A DNA stretch of 64,000 nt from Myxococcota bacterium (GTDB lineage Bacteria > Myxococcota_A > UBA9160 > SZUA-336). Positions 62,404 to 64,000 of the stretch are shown here, in pieces. Position 1 is the stretch's first letter, and each line of letters begins with the position of its first letter. The notes beneath the pieces are model-generated. The model saw nothing but the letters and a program-made list of their open reading frames with translations, did not search any database and was not told where the DNA came from. The stretch covers positions 1,696,001 to 1,760,000 of the forward strand of contig CBDFGR010000002.1 in NCBI GenBank assembly GCA_965247115.1, written 5' to 3'. A program made the translations under genes and the position numbers.

Positions 62404-63112
62404 TCTCGAGACCGGACACGTCGTCCTCTGGCTCCTCGAGCTTGCTTTTCCTGGCCTTCTTGCCCTTCCTGTTCTTGCGCGCGCCCTCGCTCCCGTAGTC
62501 CAGCTTCCAGAGCATGAGGTTCGTGTAGTTGAAGAAGAGCGAGATGACGACGGCGATGAGGAGCGCGCCGATCCCGGCGGAGAGTCCGACACCGATCGCG
62601 GCGAAGAGGAACAGCGCGTCCGCAGTGTCCTTGAGCGTGGTGCGGAAGCGGATGATGGCCACGATCCCCGCCAGGCTGAAAGCGAGCGCGAGGCTGTTCT
62701 GCACGATGATCACGATGCCCGCGACGGCGATGGGAAGGATCAAGATCACCTGGGCCACCGATCCGTCGTAGCCGTCGCGGAGGCGCGTGCCCATGTACAC
62801 CCAAGAGACGGGGATCATCAGGAGCAAGGCACCCGCCATGGAGACGAAGAGCGAGACTGCGGTGTCCATGCCCCCGGCAGAGCCGCTCGCATTCGGGCCG
62901 ACGGGCTCGAATACATCAGTGCCGCTACCCCACCCGGTGAACTCGCTCGCCTCGATCGGAATGTAGTCGGCAGTTCCCGGAAGCAACCACAGGACGAGTC
63001 CCATCACCGAGCCCAGCAAGAGGTAGTAGAGGGTGATCTGGATTCCCGGTGACCTCGGTGGCTGCGCCAGGCGAAGGAAGGGGTTCGGGATCGGCACCGG
63101 ATCAGAATACAC
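62396..63112 (-). CDS. DUF4956-family membrane protein
   Basis: VQNSLALAFSLAGIVAIIRFRTTLKD signature. Confidence 0.82.
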   Translation of the reverse strand: MYSDPVPIPNPFLRLAQPPRSPGIQITLYYLLLGSVMGLVLWLLPGTADYIPIEASEFTGWGSGTDVFEPVGPNASGSAGGMDTAVSLFVSMAGALLLMIPVSWVYMGTRLRDGYDGSVAQVILILPIAVAGIVIIVQNSLALAFSLAGIVAIIRFRTTLKDTADALFLFAAIGVGLSAGIGALLIAVVISLFFNYTNLMLWKLDYGSEGARKNRKGKKARKSKLEEPEDDVSGLENA

Positions 63113-63243
63113 CCGCGTCCTGGAGCCGTCTCCACGGCGCGGGCGGGGCCGAGTTACGAATCCGGGCTATACTCCGCGGCTGCGATCGTCAACCTTGGAC
63201 TCGAGGTCCCTTCGCTGTAGAGGGACCTCCCGGGACCCCCCCA

Positions 63244-64000
63244 ATGGATGTCCCTCGCGAAGCAACTCGCCATCGACGTCCCTACGTCCTCGCGGCTGTG
63301 GGTGTGCTGGGGCTCGTCGGGATCACGGTAGGACTCGAGCGGCTGGCGGACGCGCCGCCCTCCGTCGAGCGCTCCGCGGTCTGGATCGACACCGTTCGGC
63401 ACGGGGAGCTACTGCGTCAGGTGAGTGGTCCCGGGACGCTGGTTCCAGAGGAGATTCGCTGGGTGACCGCAACGACGGCCGGGCGCGTTGAGCGCATTCA
63501 CATCGAGCCGGGATCCAGGGTCGAGCTCGACAGCTTGCTCCTGGAGCTCTCGAATCCCGACCTGGAGCTCGAGGCGCTCGAGGCCGAGCGCCAGCTCAAG
63601 GTCTCAGAGGCGGATCTTGCGAACCTCCGCGCGACCATGGACATCGAGCGGCTGGCCCAGAAGTCGGTCGTCGCCAGCGTCCGGATCCAGCACCGCGAGG
63701 CGGAGCGTCGTGCGGAGGCTGAGGCGCGTCTGCGCGAGGCCGAGATCGTCGGGGCCCTGGAGTACGCCCGAACGCAGGAGCGGGAGGAGGAGCTGGCGAG
63801 CCGACTCGAGATCGAAGAGGAACGTTCGCGCATTCTGGAGGACGCCATGGTGGCCCGCGGGGCCGCGCAGGCCGCGCAGGTCGAGCGGCAGCGGGACCTC
63901 GCCCTCTTCCAGGCGAAGCAGGTCGAGTCGTTGCGCGTCCGCGCCGGTTTGAACGGCGTCCTGCAAGAGCTCCCGCTCGAGGTGGGTCAACGAGTTTCGC
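63244..64000 (+). CDS. HlyD/MacA-like periplasmic adaptor subunit (partial)
   Basis: Manual translation MDVPRE...VWIDTVRHGELLRQVSGPGTLVPEEIRW...GRVERI...LSNPDL, coiled coil; open to window end. Confidence 0.85.
   Translation, partial: MDVPREATRHRRPYVLAAVGVLGLVGITVGLERLADAPPSVERSAVWIDTVRHGELLRQVSGPGTLVPEEIRWVTATTAGRVERIHIEPGSRVELDSLLLELSNPDLELEALEAERQLKVSEADLANLRATMDIERLAQKSVVASVRIQHREAERRAEAEARLREAEIVGALEYARTQEREEELASRLEIEEERSRILEDAMVARGAAQAAQVERQRDLALFQAKQVESLRVRAGLNGVLQELPLEVGQRVS

Overview
High-GC bacterial chromosomal window with about 60 CDS. Gene content (LLM, SDR, acyl-CoA synthetases, CoA transferase, vWA, TonB receptor, TRAP) suggests an uncultured delta-proteobacterial/Myxococcota-like heterotroph; this is inference only. 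The left ~22 kb is a patchwork of catabolic and detox genes with several gene remnants, tRNA-Ser(TGA), a pentameric ligand-gated ion channel and an Lrp-controlled aromatic ammonia-lyase + feruloyl-CoA-synthetase-like operon. An intact IS5-family element sits in the Lrp stop codon. The right part holds redox and housekeeping genes (gor, furA-katG, folB, rmuC, aat, udk, psd, TRAP) and a ppk1/CotH-like/propeller/DUF4956 cluster. Signals the ORF track misses: (1) two probable selenoproteins (AhpD-like C-F-Y-U; DsbA-like U-P-W-C), each with a downstream hairpin; (2) a dispersed ~100-bp three-hairpin repeat family with compensatory stem changes, often fused to stop codons, plus a second linked module, with local GC-skew flips at several sites; (3) widespread leaderless-type starts, including a palindromic bidirectional -10 box; (4) two genes apparently initiated at CTG behind a short leaderless uORF, and one at ATA; (5) a His-less pseudo-histidine kinase. 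No CRISPR, rRNA or integrase was seen. All calls are by eye, with no database searches.
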